A program made the position numbers and the translations under genes. A DNA stretch of 59,266 nucleotides, the filler included, from Sphacelaria rigidula (taxonomy: Eukaryota): the NCBI GenBank assembly GCA_964200075.2. It is 8 parts of 8 records of this genome, joined end to end, with 100 filler letters (N's around TTAATTAATTAA, not from the genome) between each part and the next. Parts side by side here need not be neighbours in the genome. Positions count along the whole stretch, not along the records: positions 1 to 7,321 come from CAXNAA020015455.1; positions 7,422 to 14,742 come from CAXNAA020015456.1; 6 more parts are not named here. One strand, written 5' to 3'. The notes under the pieces were generated by a model. The model saw only the letters and a program-made list of their open reading frames with translations, searched no databases and had not been told where the DNA came from. Positions 1 through 11,254 of this stretch are shown here, piece by piece (the stretch's first letter is position 1; every line of letters starts with the position of its first letter).

Positions 1-94
1 TTAACAAATTTGACAGCAAATAAATTATTGTAAATATCCCAGGGCCAAAAAATAATAGAAAAAAAAAAAAACAGGGGATGGAAGATTGGATATT

Positions 95-420
95 CGCACA
101 TACGTCTTGTACATCGTGGCAAAACTTCAGCGAAAAAGATTCAAAATGGAGCGAAGAAAATGCGTCATTTCGTCGACAAGCGGCTAACATAGTATATGGA
201 GTTGGACCAGTTACCAATAATTCAAAAACATTTATGCTGTTCGATTTCAAGCTGTTTTCGATCAAATTTTGACACGATGCACAGGACGTATGTGCAAATA
301 CCGAACGTTTCCTCTTATGTTTTGTTTGTTTTTCTGCGTACGTTATTGGCGAGTTTGTTCCGAAAACAACTGTTCTGAAATGTTCCGTCGCCAATAACTA
401 ACGAAGGAAAGAAAAAAAAC
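95..420. mobile_element. Foldback/MITE-like repeat, also present at ~57700-58330
   Basis: CGCACATACGTCTTGTACATCGTGGCAAAA (~96-125) is the inverted complement of TTTTGACACGATGCACAGGACGTATGTGC (~267-295). The same motif and GTTCCGAAAA..CTGTTCTGA...GTCGCCAATAACT recur in contig 8. Confidence 0.65.
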
Positions 421-659
421 ACACGGGAGGAACGAAGGGGTGTTTGCTTGTTGCTGACAAACCAAGAGAAACAAAGAGCATACATTCGTAAAGTCTAATA
501 GTGAAAGCCAATTATAGCGTCAAGCCTGACCCATGATTTCCTGGTACTGAATTCATATTGCTACTTCATCATACTGCAGTTTCATAGTTTCGGGTCACAG
601 CCACTTGGCCGAACGTCAGGTGTTTCAATCAAAGATAGTTATCACTTGAAAGTAAACAC

Positions 660-1689
660 CTGGCGGCTTCACCGCCGACGTTGCCCGCCAAGGCAACGCA
701 ACGGAGTCGCACCCACGCCCACCCCGGAGTGATGGCGAGGGTCTGCCGCAGGCCGCAGGTACCCCTGGAGGCATGAACATGCCCACCTAATTTGGCCTTT
801 ATACCTCTCCAGAGTTGTAATGAATTCCAGCCTGTAAGCAGCGACACCTTGAGCACGCAACTAGTCCAAAAAAAGGTGACGACGTACGAGGAAAGTAAAA
901 ACAATGTGACGAAATATACTCCGTCACTGTAATTGAAAAAATGAAAAGCAGAAAAAATGTTCCACATCTATGACGCACCACAACACGCGGCGCGTGATCC
1001 AACCATGGTCTGGAAATACCCTAGAAACAAGCGCGAGAGCGCGGCACGAGTTGAAAATCTGATGTAAATGACGGCATCGCTGCCTGCATGCAGTTCAACT
1101 CGCTGCGGCACCACCCTTTGCTGCCTGCGCCACCGTGCGAAGCTCGGATACTTTCCTCAGGGAATAAGCCCACATCGCCACCACTGCTACCATCTAGGAC
1201 ACTGCTGCTCTCATTATAATGCTTCGTGCGGCCTTCCTGTCTACGTGCGTTCGTGTGCACTGTGAGCAACATCCACAGTGTTTGAAGTATGACACTACCG
1301 TAGGATGGCCGATTGGAGCATGACCATGACTCCAACATAACGTTTTGAAGAATGACATATATCGGGGAAGATAATTTTTTCATTGGAAGTGAAATCGATC
1401 AATAAGTCGGCTATGCCAGAGAATTGAAACTAGCCACTTCGACTGCCGAGCAGTTCTCGACTGGACCCTAACCCTACAACATCATTTGAATCTACGTGGC
1501 GTGAGAACCCTGGACGACCTCAATCTCGACCTCGCCCGCCTCGCCCCTGTACCCCACGTCAGAAAACGCCTCGCAAGAGGAGCTGGAAAATGGACTGAGG
1601 GGTAGCAGAACGCGGTTGCGAAATGTGGTGCGCAGCTTCAGGTACACCTTTTCCATATCCGCGCTGTACAGGGAGTACACGGTAACCGC
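660..1689 (-). CDS. Candidate 3-exon fragment of an unknown host gene (exons 1496-1689, 1020-1294, 660-786) with one in-frame TAG at 1021-1023; possibly a pseudogene
   Basis: AG/GT boundaries with compatible phases (2/1, 1/2). Translation: AVTVYSLYSADMEKVYLKLRTTFRNRVLLPL...GSHATVILQTLWMLLTV...RSRACF*GGHVHASRGTCGLRQTLAITPGWAWVRLRC. No family recognised. Confidence 0.4.
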
Positions 1690-2084
1690 CTGACATCGTA
1701 TGTACCAGGGGGAAAAGATGGGAAGGATGTTACCATTTCAGTTAGTTGCACCGTGACATCATACTACGTGGTATATATATACACACATATATATATATAT
1801 ATGTCAGACATGACTCGTATCATAACGGGTGTGGTACCGGTAAGAGAAAACACGTGTTGGAAAGGAGGACAGAGAAAAGAAAGGTTCAAGTCAAGCGAAC
1901 AGGGCGGCAGAAGAGAGAAACTAAAGGTCAAACACGCACGCGCACCTTGCAAAACGGTTGTGCTTTGAACAAAGAGACACGACAACCAGGTACCGCAAAA
2001 AAATAAGAGGCTCGCTACGTCATCTTTGAGGAACACAGGCCGCAATCATTTTGCCTGAGAACAGCTTGAAGGGATGGGAAGGGG

Positions 2085-2701
2085 GGGAGGGTTACTCATG
2101 ATCTTGCATGCCGTAGTCATTGACCTCGCATCCCTACAAAGCCGGCGCGGAGCACGCCGGGTTTTCCGCGGACCAGGCGCGCAGTTTATCACCAAGCGCG
2201 AAGCGCCGTCATGTGTTCAACAGTTCAAGCAATAAAGCTACGGAACGTTATAGCAATACCACACCGGAACTACGCTAAATTTCAACTTGGTTGATAACAA
2301 AAACCTGCGCTTGAGAGACATCACCTCAACTAAAAATCAAGGGCCGGACTCTTACTCGCAACACCTCCATTCTTTGGGAACGTGGGGGGATGGGGGATGT
2401 ACTCATGGTCTTACATGCTGCGGCCACAAGACCATTGATCTCGCATCCCTACAAAGCCGGGACGGACCACGCTGGATATTTTCCTCGGACCAGGCTGGCA
2501 ATCAATCACCAAGCGCGGAGCGCGATGACGTGTTCGGCTGGTCGCATGCAGGGTGACATGCATCCTTCTAAGATTGTTCTGCCCGAAGCGTGCTGATTAT
2601 CTTGCATATGGTTGGCAGCCTTCAATGAATTGCTTCATTCTCTGGCATCGCCACTTCCGGAGACAGCCGAGGGTTCCACAGTGCCTCATGGGTGTCGCAC
2701 C
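2085..2701 (+). repeat. Two diverged tandem copies of a dispersed repeat starting G-run+TACTCATGATC; other copies at 33255-33563 and 36961-37005
   Basis: Shared blocks TCGCATCCCTACAAAGCCGG and CAGCCTTCAAT.AATTGCTTCA...CTGG.ATCGCCACTT with the 33255 copy. Confidence 0.75.
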
Positions 2702-3559
2702 TGTGACCCTCACGGTGGGAGGGGCTCTATGCATGGCGCGATAATAACTCTCATTGGTAGCTGTACTGACTTGTTTTCACACCATACACGGAGCAGTATG
2801 ATATACGGAGTATATAGATATACATATATACAGGAGTTTCTGCGGCTTCGCCGCCACGATCAGTGGATCGACAGCCAAGGTACATGAGCACCGGTGATAG
2901 CTGTGAGCGTTGCGTATTGGCAAAGGTCATACGTAGTGTGGAGAAGAAGCCGCAGCAGCTCATGGGCTGAACACGGTACTAAATCTGGATCATGGATACT
3001 TTGATCGAGTGAAATTGATACCACTTGTACAGATGACCTACTTCTCTCGCCATCAAAGGAATGATGGAGAGCGGCGGGAAAAATTTGTTGTGTCTCGTGA
3101 CTGTTTTATGAGCATGATGCCGGTTCGATTTTCATGTGAAATCGATGCCGAATCCACCGAAGGCTTCCTCTGTTTCGTTTTCAGTCCGAAGAGCAACATG
3201 GATGTTGAGTACCTACGAAGGCTCAACACAACGCATCACAATCAAAGGTGAACGTGAGGAAGTGACCGCCCCCGCATACCAAGAACATACATAGTGGCAA
3301 CGAATTTGACCATTTGATCGCTGACCAAGAAATGAATTGACCGCCAACCAAAAACACATGTAGTGGCAAGGAATTTGACCATTTGACCGCCATGTTAGCT
3401 TATCTGTTGCTGAATCGGCATCAGTTACAGTACTTGGACTTCACAAATTACTGCGTGGCCCAGATGACCTACCTCACCGGTCAAAGCATTAAAATAGTGA
3501 AAACGAAGTGAAGTCGAGACCATGCGATATACATGCATGATACTTGTGTGCGTTATGTG

Positions 3560-3814
3560 TAACACAGAAGGAGCTCAACACAGGAACTTCTGTGGTGATC
3601 GCCTTACTTTTTCATCGCGAAAGGGGTTCAGCGGTCCCTTTCACTCGTCGATCGTGAAATCAAGTTCTGTCTACCCACGACATGCTGTAGTCGCCGTCCA
3701 CTGTTGGACATGGTGTGAGATATAATTCCAGATCGTGTGACTGAACTGAGGTTCGAACCCACGACCCAACCGTCATAAGGTTTGGGGGTTACCAGCTGAG
3801 CCACCGGGGCGACC
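3560..3814 (-). mobile_element. tRNA-derived SINE, 3'-truncated
   Basis: Minus-strand head GGTCGCCCCGGTGGCTCAGCTGG (A box) ... GGTTCGAACC (B box). The body aligns by eye to the 8876-9232 copy. Confidence 0.8.
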
Positions 3815-5416
3815 GTCTGCCGACTAAACTATGAAAAAATAGAAGCCGGCGCCTCATGACAAAAAAAACGCATGTATGGCAGTGAAGCAGCAGCAACAAC
3901 AACAACAGCAGCAGTCCAGAGACAGTAAAAGGAAAGTACAGTCGAGGCGATGCGACATGCGGGCAAGACCACAACATGCTCCTCGTGTGCCCCGAGATTG
4001 AATGGAGAGTCGTTCCGCACAGCCCATCCAACTGAGCATGATGCCGATTCAATTTTCAAGTGAAAACGATACCAGTTCCACGAAGGAAGCCTGTGTACGG
4101 TAAGAGGTGGCATCTCCGACGGTCAGAGGGTCCTGCGTCCAACGAGGACATGCATCAGACGTCAAAATGCCGTGGAGAACTCAGCGCGGAAAGGGTATCC
4201 ACCCCAAACCTGAGCAGGACGGGAACGCCCCCCAATGCCCAGCGAAATGCAATCGAAGAGGGTGATACATATAATCAGCGAAGAATTGTACTCTGGAATC
4301 AAGTACGAAGCAATGCCGGCTTTTCAGAGCTTCTGAGGAGAACGAAATGACCCCGAAATATATGTAGTCTAAAAGCAACTGAAAAAGTGCACCTGTCTGC
4401 AGGGCTCGCAAACGGGGGAAAAGGTAATTAGTATGATTGATATATTGTCTTTACAAAATGTTGGCGCGTCGAGTGTGCGGTATGTATCGGTCAAACAATG
4501 TATAGCACAAGAAAATGGTAACCACATATATTGTGCCATCAGTTTAATTGCATGTGATGAGTAATATATACTGGCGCATAAGTATATCAGGCCGCGCGAC
4601 CCTCTCTCTATATCTATATGTGGTTGGCACCATATGTTCCGTCGGGGAGTCGCCATTTATTTGCGTCACACTTCGAACCTTTACCGTTCCTATACAAAAA
4701 ATATCCTGTATAAATATCGAACTCATGGTATATACATATATATTGCTGGGCAACACATGCTGTAGTTCGACGATGAGCTCGCTTGTGCATTGCATACTCG
4801 ATGCCGTATCGCATGCTTTGACGCACGATATATTGCACCGGCAATATATATATATATATATATGTTTATGTATGTGTCACCACTTCGGGTACTGAACTTA
4901 TTCGATTTTCAACACATATTGTGTCGTTTGGTATATATAAGGGGCTACTCGCCGGAGGTGTGTTCACCACTTGATCGATAAAGAGATTCCTCGAAAACAT
5001 ATATTTTCGAATAACGCTAACCTTAACCCTTACCCCAACTCCAGGCATACCGAAAATCCTCGGGCGAGGGTGGTGTGAAGCGTTCCCTCGGCAAAAGTGT
5101 GGCCTTGGCAAACCTCAAGACTGCGCCGCAGGCGCCGATTTTGACGAAAACGCGTTCTGGGCACGCGAGGGGCAGTTAAGGCTGTCAGCCCCGCTAAAGA
5201 TCCGAATATCGGTGTTTACACTCCAATCAAGTAATGAAATTTCGGAAGGTTCTAATCGACCAAGTGGTGAACACCACTGACTCGCCGATATGTATATATA
5301 TATATATATATATTGGCGACTCCCCGAAGGAAAATGTGGCGCCAGCAAAATGTATCGAGGGTCGCGTGGCCTGATATATTGGTGCGCCAAGAGGTATTAC
5401 AAAATCATTGTTGTAT

Positions 5417-5500
5417 TGTGTGTTGCTATCCCATTTATTCTGGACGCCAGTCTATGCCTTTCGGTATAGTATATGTGGGCGCATCAGCAGGGGTCACGAA
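5417..5500 (-). mobile_element. 3' tail fragment of the same SINE family
   Basis: Reverse complement of TGACCCC.GCTGATGCGCCCACATATAC..CCGAAAGG..TAGACTGGCGTCCAGAATA.ATGGGAT..CAACAC. Confidence 0.75.
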
Positions 5501-5739
5501 GGACGAAGGTCAACACAGGACTTGTAAAGTCATGATACGCAATTTATTGATGGCAAGATATTGGCCGGTCAGCCTCTTCCTTCGCCATATTGTTCGGTCA
5601 GCATATAAAGTATATATATATATAGAATATTTCGAACTCACGAGCGTCAAGCATACTTTGTAACGAGGCTTCCACGAGATTCAATGCTGATTTTAGTGTG
5701 CAAGTTCCTCCGCACCCACCCCGGGAGATGACTGTTCGG

Positions 5740-5940
5740 GCCGATGCCAATGCTAGGGGCCCGGTTAGCGGATTCGTGCTTTACGGACGCGCGATCGCGG
5801 TGGTCCTGCAATGTTTCCGGCGGGCATGAAAATTTCGAGAGAGGATCTATTCTCACGAGGGCTTGGCAAGGCAAGAATACCGAGACCCTCGAACACGACG
5901 GACGGGATCGGGGCGCAGCCCCGGGTCCCATATGGCTTGA
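5740..5940 (+). repeat. Dispersed repeat with CGGGGCGCAGCCCCG hairpin; second copy at 22264-22370 on the minus strand
   Basis: CTATTCTCACGAGGGCTTGGCAAGGCAAGAATACC.AGACCCTCGAA...CGGGGCGCAGCCCCGGGTCCC..GGCTTG is present in both copies. Confidence 0.75.
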
Positions 5941-6299
5941 ATATATATATATATATATACTAGGGTACTTGAGGGCCCTCGCGCCCCCAGTGAGCGCGGA
6001 GACCCGAATCGCAAGCGAGAGCACGGCGGTGAAAAGTGGATGAAAAAGAAGACAGCGTAGTTGACAGCTGTTGTTGAGAATATGTCCCTGTGCGCGGGTG
6101 AGAGTGAAAGGGCGAGGCACGGCGTAGTGCGTGATGACCGCGAGGGAACATGCGAAAGTGATAAAGGTTTGGTCCAGAAGAATATTTTCTTTTGTGGAAA
6201 TGTCACTTAAGAACCATCGGATAACGGCGTGGAGGCTGCAGAATCCGAAGAAAGCATGTGGAAGAAAAAACAAAACACCGCTAACACAATGACTGAAAA

Positions 6300-7210
6300 A
6301 ATATCCACGAGCAGTGCCGCAAAACCACGCGAAAGGCTAGCAAATATCCTGACGTGCCTACCGCTGTTTTGTTCTTGTCCCAACTATGCCCATGCGGGCA
6401 CTACTGCGAAATGTAAGTTCACGAAAGATGACTCGAAGGAAATCTACGTAGTAAGCAAAGAAGAGTTGGATCCCGACGTCCAACTCTGATCGAAGGGAAC
6501 GTAAAGATGAGAGAGCAAGGATCCATTCGACAAAAACTACCGATGTGAAACGAACACGCGGTGGTAAGTGTAGGTTGTGGGTGTGCATTGACTGTGTGCT
6601 TTAAAGGTCGGCGGCCATCTAGATGTTGTCCATCTAGAACGGCGGCGTGATCCGGAGCGTTACGCCTGGACTGTGGGCACAAACGCTTTCGCGGAAAAAT
6701 CCGCGGGTGACACACACACACACAATATACACCCGAGGTGGCAAAAAAGATGCACTGCTTTGTCGACGGGGTCTTGTGTAGTGGAGCGTGTGCGCATGAG
6801 GGCGTGACGTTTCCGACTACAGGTGGACGGGTCAACCTACGATTCCGCTGCACAGACACACAGTGTTCGTTGCTTGCATCATGGTGTGCACACAAGTCGA
6901 GCTGTGATGCGACATAGCACAAGCTCTCTGCTACTGCTGTAATCTGGCGTTGACGTACGCGCCTGAGTGACCCGCGCCTGACGGACCCAGCAAATCCCAG
7001 GCTCGTGGGGACAATGCTTCAGGTAATGCGTATGTCGGGTGCATGTGGTCGGGAGGTGTTGAGGTTTTCGGGGGAGAGAGAAGGTGTCCCATGACACTTT
7101 CTACGATAGCCCCTCCCAAACGCTTGGGTTCGTTCTAGCCAATGTCGCCAATATGAGGCGCTTCATGCAGCCTGAATCCGAACATCAGGCGCTGTATGGC
7201 CACCTTTTTC
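6300..7210 (+). pseudogene. Possible decayed Helitron Rep/helicase N-terminal (DUF6570-like) coding remnant
   Basis: Frame-hopping translation gives ordered blocks EIYVVSKEELDPDVQL*SKG, LWVCIDC, LSI*NG, RVTHTHTIYTRGG, VRCLHHGV and QALYGHLF, reminiscent of Helitron N-terminal regions. Many stops; assessed by eye only. Confidence 0.3.
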
Positions 7211-7321
7211 GTGACACTTTTAGCTGGTTTTGGGGGGGTGTACTCATGACTGTGGTTTGATGCATGATCATGAGTACATCCCCCCAAAACCAGATAAAAG
7301 TGTCACGAAAAAATGACCATA
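7195..7321. repeat. Short inverted repeat (~55-bp arms) built on the GGGG..TACTCATGA terminus
   Basis: TTTTTCGTGACACTTTTAGCTGGTTTTGGGGGGGTGTACTCATGA pairs with TCATGAGTACATCCCCCCAAAACCAGATAAAAGTGTCACGAAAAAA. Confidence 0.85.
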
Positions 7322-7421
7322 NNNNNNNNNNNNNNNNNNNNNNNNNNNNNNNNNNNNNNNNNNNNTTAATTAATTAANNNNNNNNNNNNNNNNNNNNNNN
7401 NNNNNNNNNNNNNNNNNNNNN
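7322..7421. other. Artificial contig linker (N44-TTAATTAATTAA-N44). Identical linkers at 14743-14842, 22164-22263, 29585-29684, 37006-37105, 44427-44526 and 51847-51946
   Basis: Seven identical 100-nt spacers whose 12-mer has stops in all frames. The intervening segments are 7321 bp (x6) then 7320 bp (x2). Confidence 0.97.
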
Positions 7422-7846
7422 AGGGCGGTGTCAGGGTCAAGCTAGGCTTTTCCGTCACCATCGGGCGGTTGTCGCATCATACATCGATAGTTGGTCCAAG
7501 CAACGGATGCGGTACTGGCCGTCACGCATATAGAAATAGGGAAAAAACAGTAACAGCGTTCAGCACTACAGTACAGAGTAACGTACGCCCAACGGAAACA
7601 CTCGTGGAACACACCCATCACATCTATCGGGTCTGTGCATATCAGTCACCAACGGCCAGCGAGAAGTTCGGATTGTGTCCGCAGAAATTACTGTAGTGCT
7701 GAACGCTGTTACTGTTCTGTCCCTATTTCTATATAGAAATGCGTGACGGCCAGTACCGCATCCGTTGCTTGGACCAACTATCGATGTATGATGCGACAAC
7801 CGCCCGATGGTGACGGAAAAGCCTAGCTTGACCCTGACACCGCCCT
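7422..7846. repeat. Near-perfect long inverted repeat (arms ~7422-7573 and ~7689-7846)
   Basis: About 150 bp match in reverse complement with only a small indel and a few substitutions. The left arm is cut by the contig start. Confidence 0.9.
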
Positions 7847-8682
7847 CGAGACCGCAACAGTACGGAGTTGCACAACCCCCCGGATCACAAAAGACCGACG
7901 CGTTGCGAGCTGTGAGTCCAGTTATTGTGTCGATGCGGAGAGACTCCAGAATCATTTCCGGGGAGAGCGAGGTGTGGTCGTTGTGGCGTCCGTGAACGGC
8001 AAATAAGCAGGTAAAGAGCCGAATCTGTGGGCGTCATGGTTTCAGTTGGCGCGTAGACCCCCTTGCGCGCGATGTGCCGCATCAGGTACAGTGTAGAATG
8101 CGATGGCCTAGCACAGGTACGTTCTCGGCCGATCGGTGGCCCAGAGAAGGTAAGACTGGAAAATAGTTCCTGAATCAGGTATACCTGGTGAGGTTTTAGC
8201 CTCGAAAGGAGAACGCGGTTTGTTCCGCGTGGTCATATATCGCGAGTAACATGTTTTTTTTCCCGTTGTGCTTCCGAGGAACGGGTGCGAAGGGCCTCGC
8301 CGAGTGATGTGCGTGAAAATTTCGGAGCGAAAACAGTCTAAATGGCGTGTTTTGTTGTTTTTGCGTTACTGGCCATTTTTCGTACCGTCCTTGGACAAAA
8401 ACCAGAAGGTATACCTTTTGTAGGCCATTGCCCAAAAAATAATGGCCACACAGTGATGTTTGATATCAATAATAATTGTTCATCGTAAAATAATCATAAT
8501 AATAAAAGCTGATGATATGGTCTTGCAGGGTGGGGAATAATACGATAGTAATAATCGATGATAATGAAGGCGAGGAGGGGGGGGGGGTGGATTGGGCGAC
8601 CATTCCGACGTGAAAACAAGTGTCGTGATGCTACACCATCAGCGAGAGAGATAAATACCGCGCAGTGACGATTCAAACCCGC

Positions 8683-9577
8683 GACCGCGCATAAGGGAGA
8701 AATGCTGTTCTCTGCTCAACATGAATTGCACGATCTGTTTTTTCTGCTCAGTTTCAACTACTCTACTAAATTCAAAATTCACAGGGTGAGGAGGCGACTC
8801 AAAAGCGTTATTTTTGTCTGACCGCGCGTATAGTGGAGATGCTGTGAACAGTGTTGTGGTATTACGCTTTATGCGGGTCGCCCCGGTGGCTCAGTTGGTA
8901 AACCTCGAAACCCTCGGGTACGGTTGGGTCGTGGGTTCGAATCTCGGTGCAGTCACACGATCTGGGCTTTTTTCTCACACGTCGCCCAGCAGTAGAGAAC
9001 GACTATATCGTGGGTACAAACAATTCGACTTTACGGTCGACGAGGGAAAGGGGCTGCTGAACCCGCCTCGCGATGAAAAAGAAGGCAAGCCTCGCAGAAG
9101 GAAGGTGGAATACCAAAAGTCAAGAAAAAATAAATTTGTGTTCGCCTTTCTCCTGTGTGACCCCGGCTGATGCGCCCACATATACCGAAAGGTGTAGACT
9201 GGCGTCCAGAATAGATGGGATGACAACACACATTACGCACCACCAGTGGGAAGGAAAGAAAATACCGCTTAGTAAGGATTTATACCCGCGACCGCGCCTA
9301 AGGGGGAGATGCCGTTCTCTGTTCAACAGCGTGGATCGCACGATCTGTTTTCTCCGCTCAGTTTCGACTGCCATACTAAATTCGAAAGGCAGAGGGTGAG
9401 CAGGCGACGCCTTCTCGTTTTTTGTCTGGCCGCGTATAAGGTAGAGGTGGATGCTCTCTATTCAGCTACATTGATCGCACGATTTGTCTTCTTTTCCCAA
9501 TTTCACTACTTTACTACATTCAAAACTCACAGGGTGAGGAGGCGACTCGTTCTTGATTTTCTGTCTGACCGCGCATG
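8683..9577 (+). repeat. ~140-bp unit repeat (8683-8830, 9289-9577 x2, 12640-12880 x~2) interrupted by a SINE
   Basis: Recurring GACCGCGC...GATCGCACGATCTG...CTAAATTCAAAA.TCACAGGGTGAG..GGCGAC...TTTTTGTCTGACCGCG. Confidence 0.75.
8876..9232 (+). mobile_element. tRNA-derived SINE, near full length (~355 bp)
   Basis: A box TGGCTCAGTTGG, B box GGTTCGAATC, non-tRNA body, conserved 3' tail ending GGGATGACAACACAC. Five pieces of the family occur across four contigs. Confidence 0.85.
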
Positions 9578-11254
9578 AGGTAGAGCGGGGGACCCCACAT
9601 CGGAAAATCACCCCTTCCCCTCCCCCCAACTGGTTGAAAATGAGAAAATGACTAAATCCCCTTATCGAGAACCTTATTCTTCCTGTTTCTTCACCAGTAT
9701 ACGGAATTAAACGATCATTTCCATTACCCAGAGTTCGGCTCGACGTAATCAGCTCAAAACCGAGGATCTTCGGTGTGTCGGCTGTTCTTGTGGCTATAGG
9801 GGAGTGAATTTGCCGGCTGGATAATGACTTTTGACGCGCGGTAACCACTGGATGAATAGTCTTGAATCGCGCTGACTATACCAAGAGCAGTGGCCACCGA
9901 CTGATTTAGCACTAATGCAGTGCTACGGCCGTCATGTTGGGGAGAGAGGTGTACTGCGTGTAGCTTTGTGCTGATACTGAATTATATGAAATGTACATGC
10001 TGTAACTTGACTACGCGGTATTACCAACCGGCATCAAATGTTCTGATATCATATATATGTACCTTGCCCGTGTTTGGGCAGACAGCTGTGTTCTGTGTTC
10101 ATACGCCATGTATCTCTGCATGTCATCATACTACACTGCTATGGGGGTGAATGGAGGCCTTATCGATAAAAAATCCGTTTCCCACAAAAAATACAATTAA
10201 TGCGGAGGGATGTTGAAGACGTATTGAAGACGTCATGGACTGTTCAGACCTGTGCAGAACCTGTGCCGAACCTGTGCCGAACCTGTGCCGAGCATAACAC
10301 ACGCTCCATCCCAAGTTACCTAGGTTTAGTATGCGACAGATGTGATTTTTCCATCGTAATTATCTCGAGACACGAAGGACAGCGGCCTCTGGAACTTCAC
10401 AGCCCCCCCGCACACACACTAGACCTATTCAGCGCCGTAAGCGGATTTGCTCAACTCGCCACAGTGGATCCGAAAAGCCCCGGAACGTTGCAGGAAACGC
10501 GTTTGCAGTACATTTCGTGTTTGGTGCAGCGGTTTGCGAAGTTCTGCGGCCTCCGCGGCACGTGTTACGGAAACCTGACTGCAACAATGAATAGTTCTGG
10601 TGTGTGAAAAGCGCATGCATCAAACCGCAGTCCAATCCGCTGCTTCGTTGCCGAGAAATAGAGTTGAAAGATGAGCACAACAACATACTGCAGCAAGACG
10701 GGCACAACGACAACACGCGCAGCAGTTCTATCCTCCTGTTGTTGTAGCCTTGTGTACAGGTGTACAGCAACGTCAGTCGCAGGTGTGTTTTAGAATGTAC
10801 TACAGTAAAGCAATTGTACATTTTGTATGAGCGCCGTCGTCATTTCGAGTGACGCGTGTGCTTGTGATTGATACTGATTGGCTCATTTAGGTTTCATTTC
10901 TTGCGGATTCAACTGACTGTGGAGTTGGTCGGTCCATTTTCCAGGTATTTAGTGCCCAAAATCGGGCCCCAATCACCTCATAACTGCGACACAAGACAGG
11001 GAAAGTTGGAAAAGAGAATGTTGTCGACCTAGTATTGCTAAAAGCAGTATTCAACATGTAAGTAGTGGCAGTCCGTGTGATGCTCGTGATGTCGGAGGCG
11101 GCCCCCGTCGCCGCCACAGTCATATGCCCGCAAGGGCAAAGCCATGCAAGCTCCTGGGCGCCAGAGGTACGCGCCCGCCTCACGTTCACCCCTTGCAACA
11201 CTTGTAGAATCTGCGGCGTATTTTCAGCGCCGGTACCCCCGACGCTTTGATCGC

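Noticed and set aside
6355..6420. SWIM zinc finger (CSCPNYAH...KCKF)
   Set aside because: The final His ligand is missing and the surrounding frame is broken. The region is better explained, tentatively, as a Helitron-like relic.
8876..8955. tRNA gene
   Set aside because: A and B boxes are present, but the acceptor and anticodon arms do not form a clean cloverleaf. The head is fused to a repeated non-tRNA body, so it is a SINE.
9160..9215. Hammerhead ribozyme (CTGATG...GAAA) in the SINE tail
   Set aside because: The core reads CUGAUGC rather than CUGANGA, and the GAAA is the loop of a hairpin rather than a junction strand.
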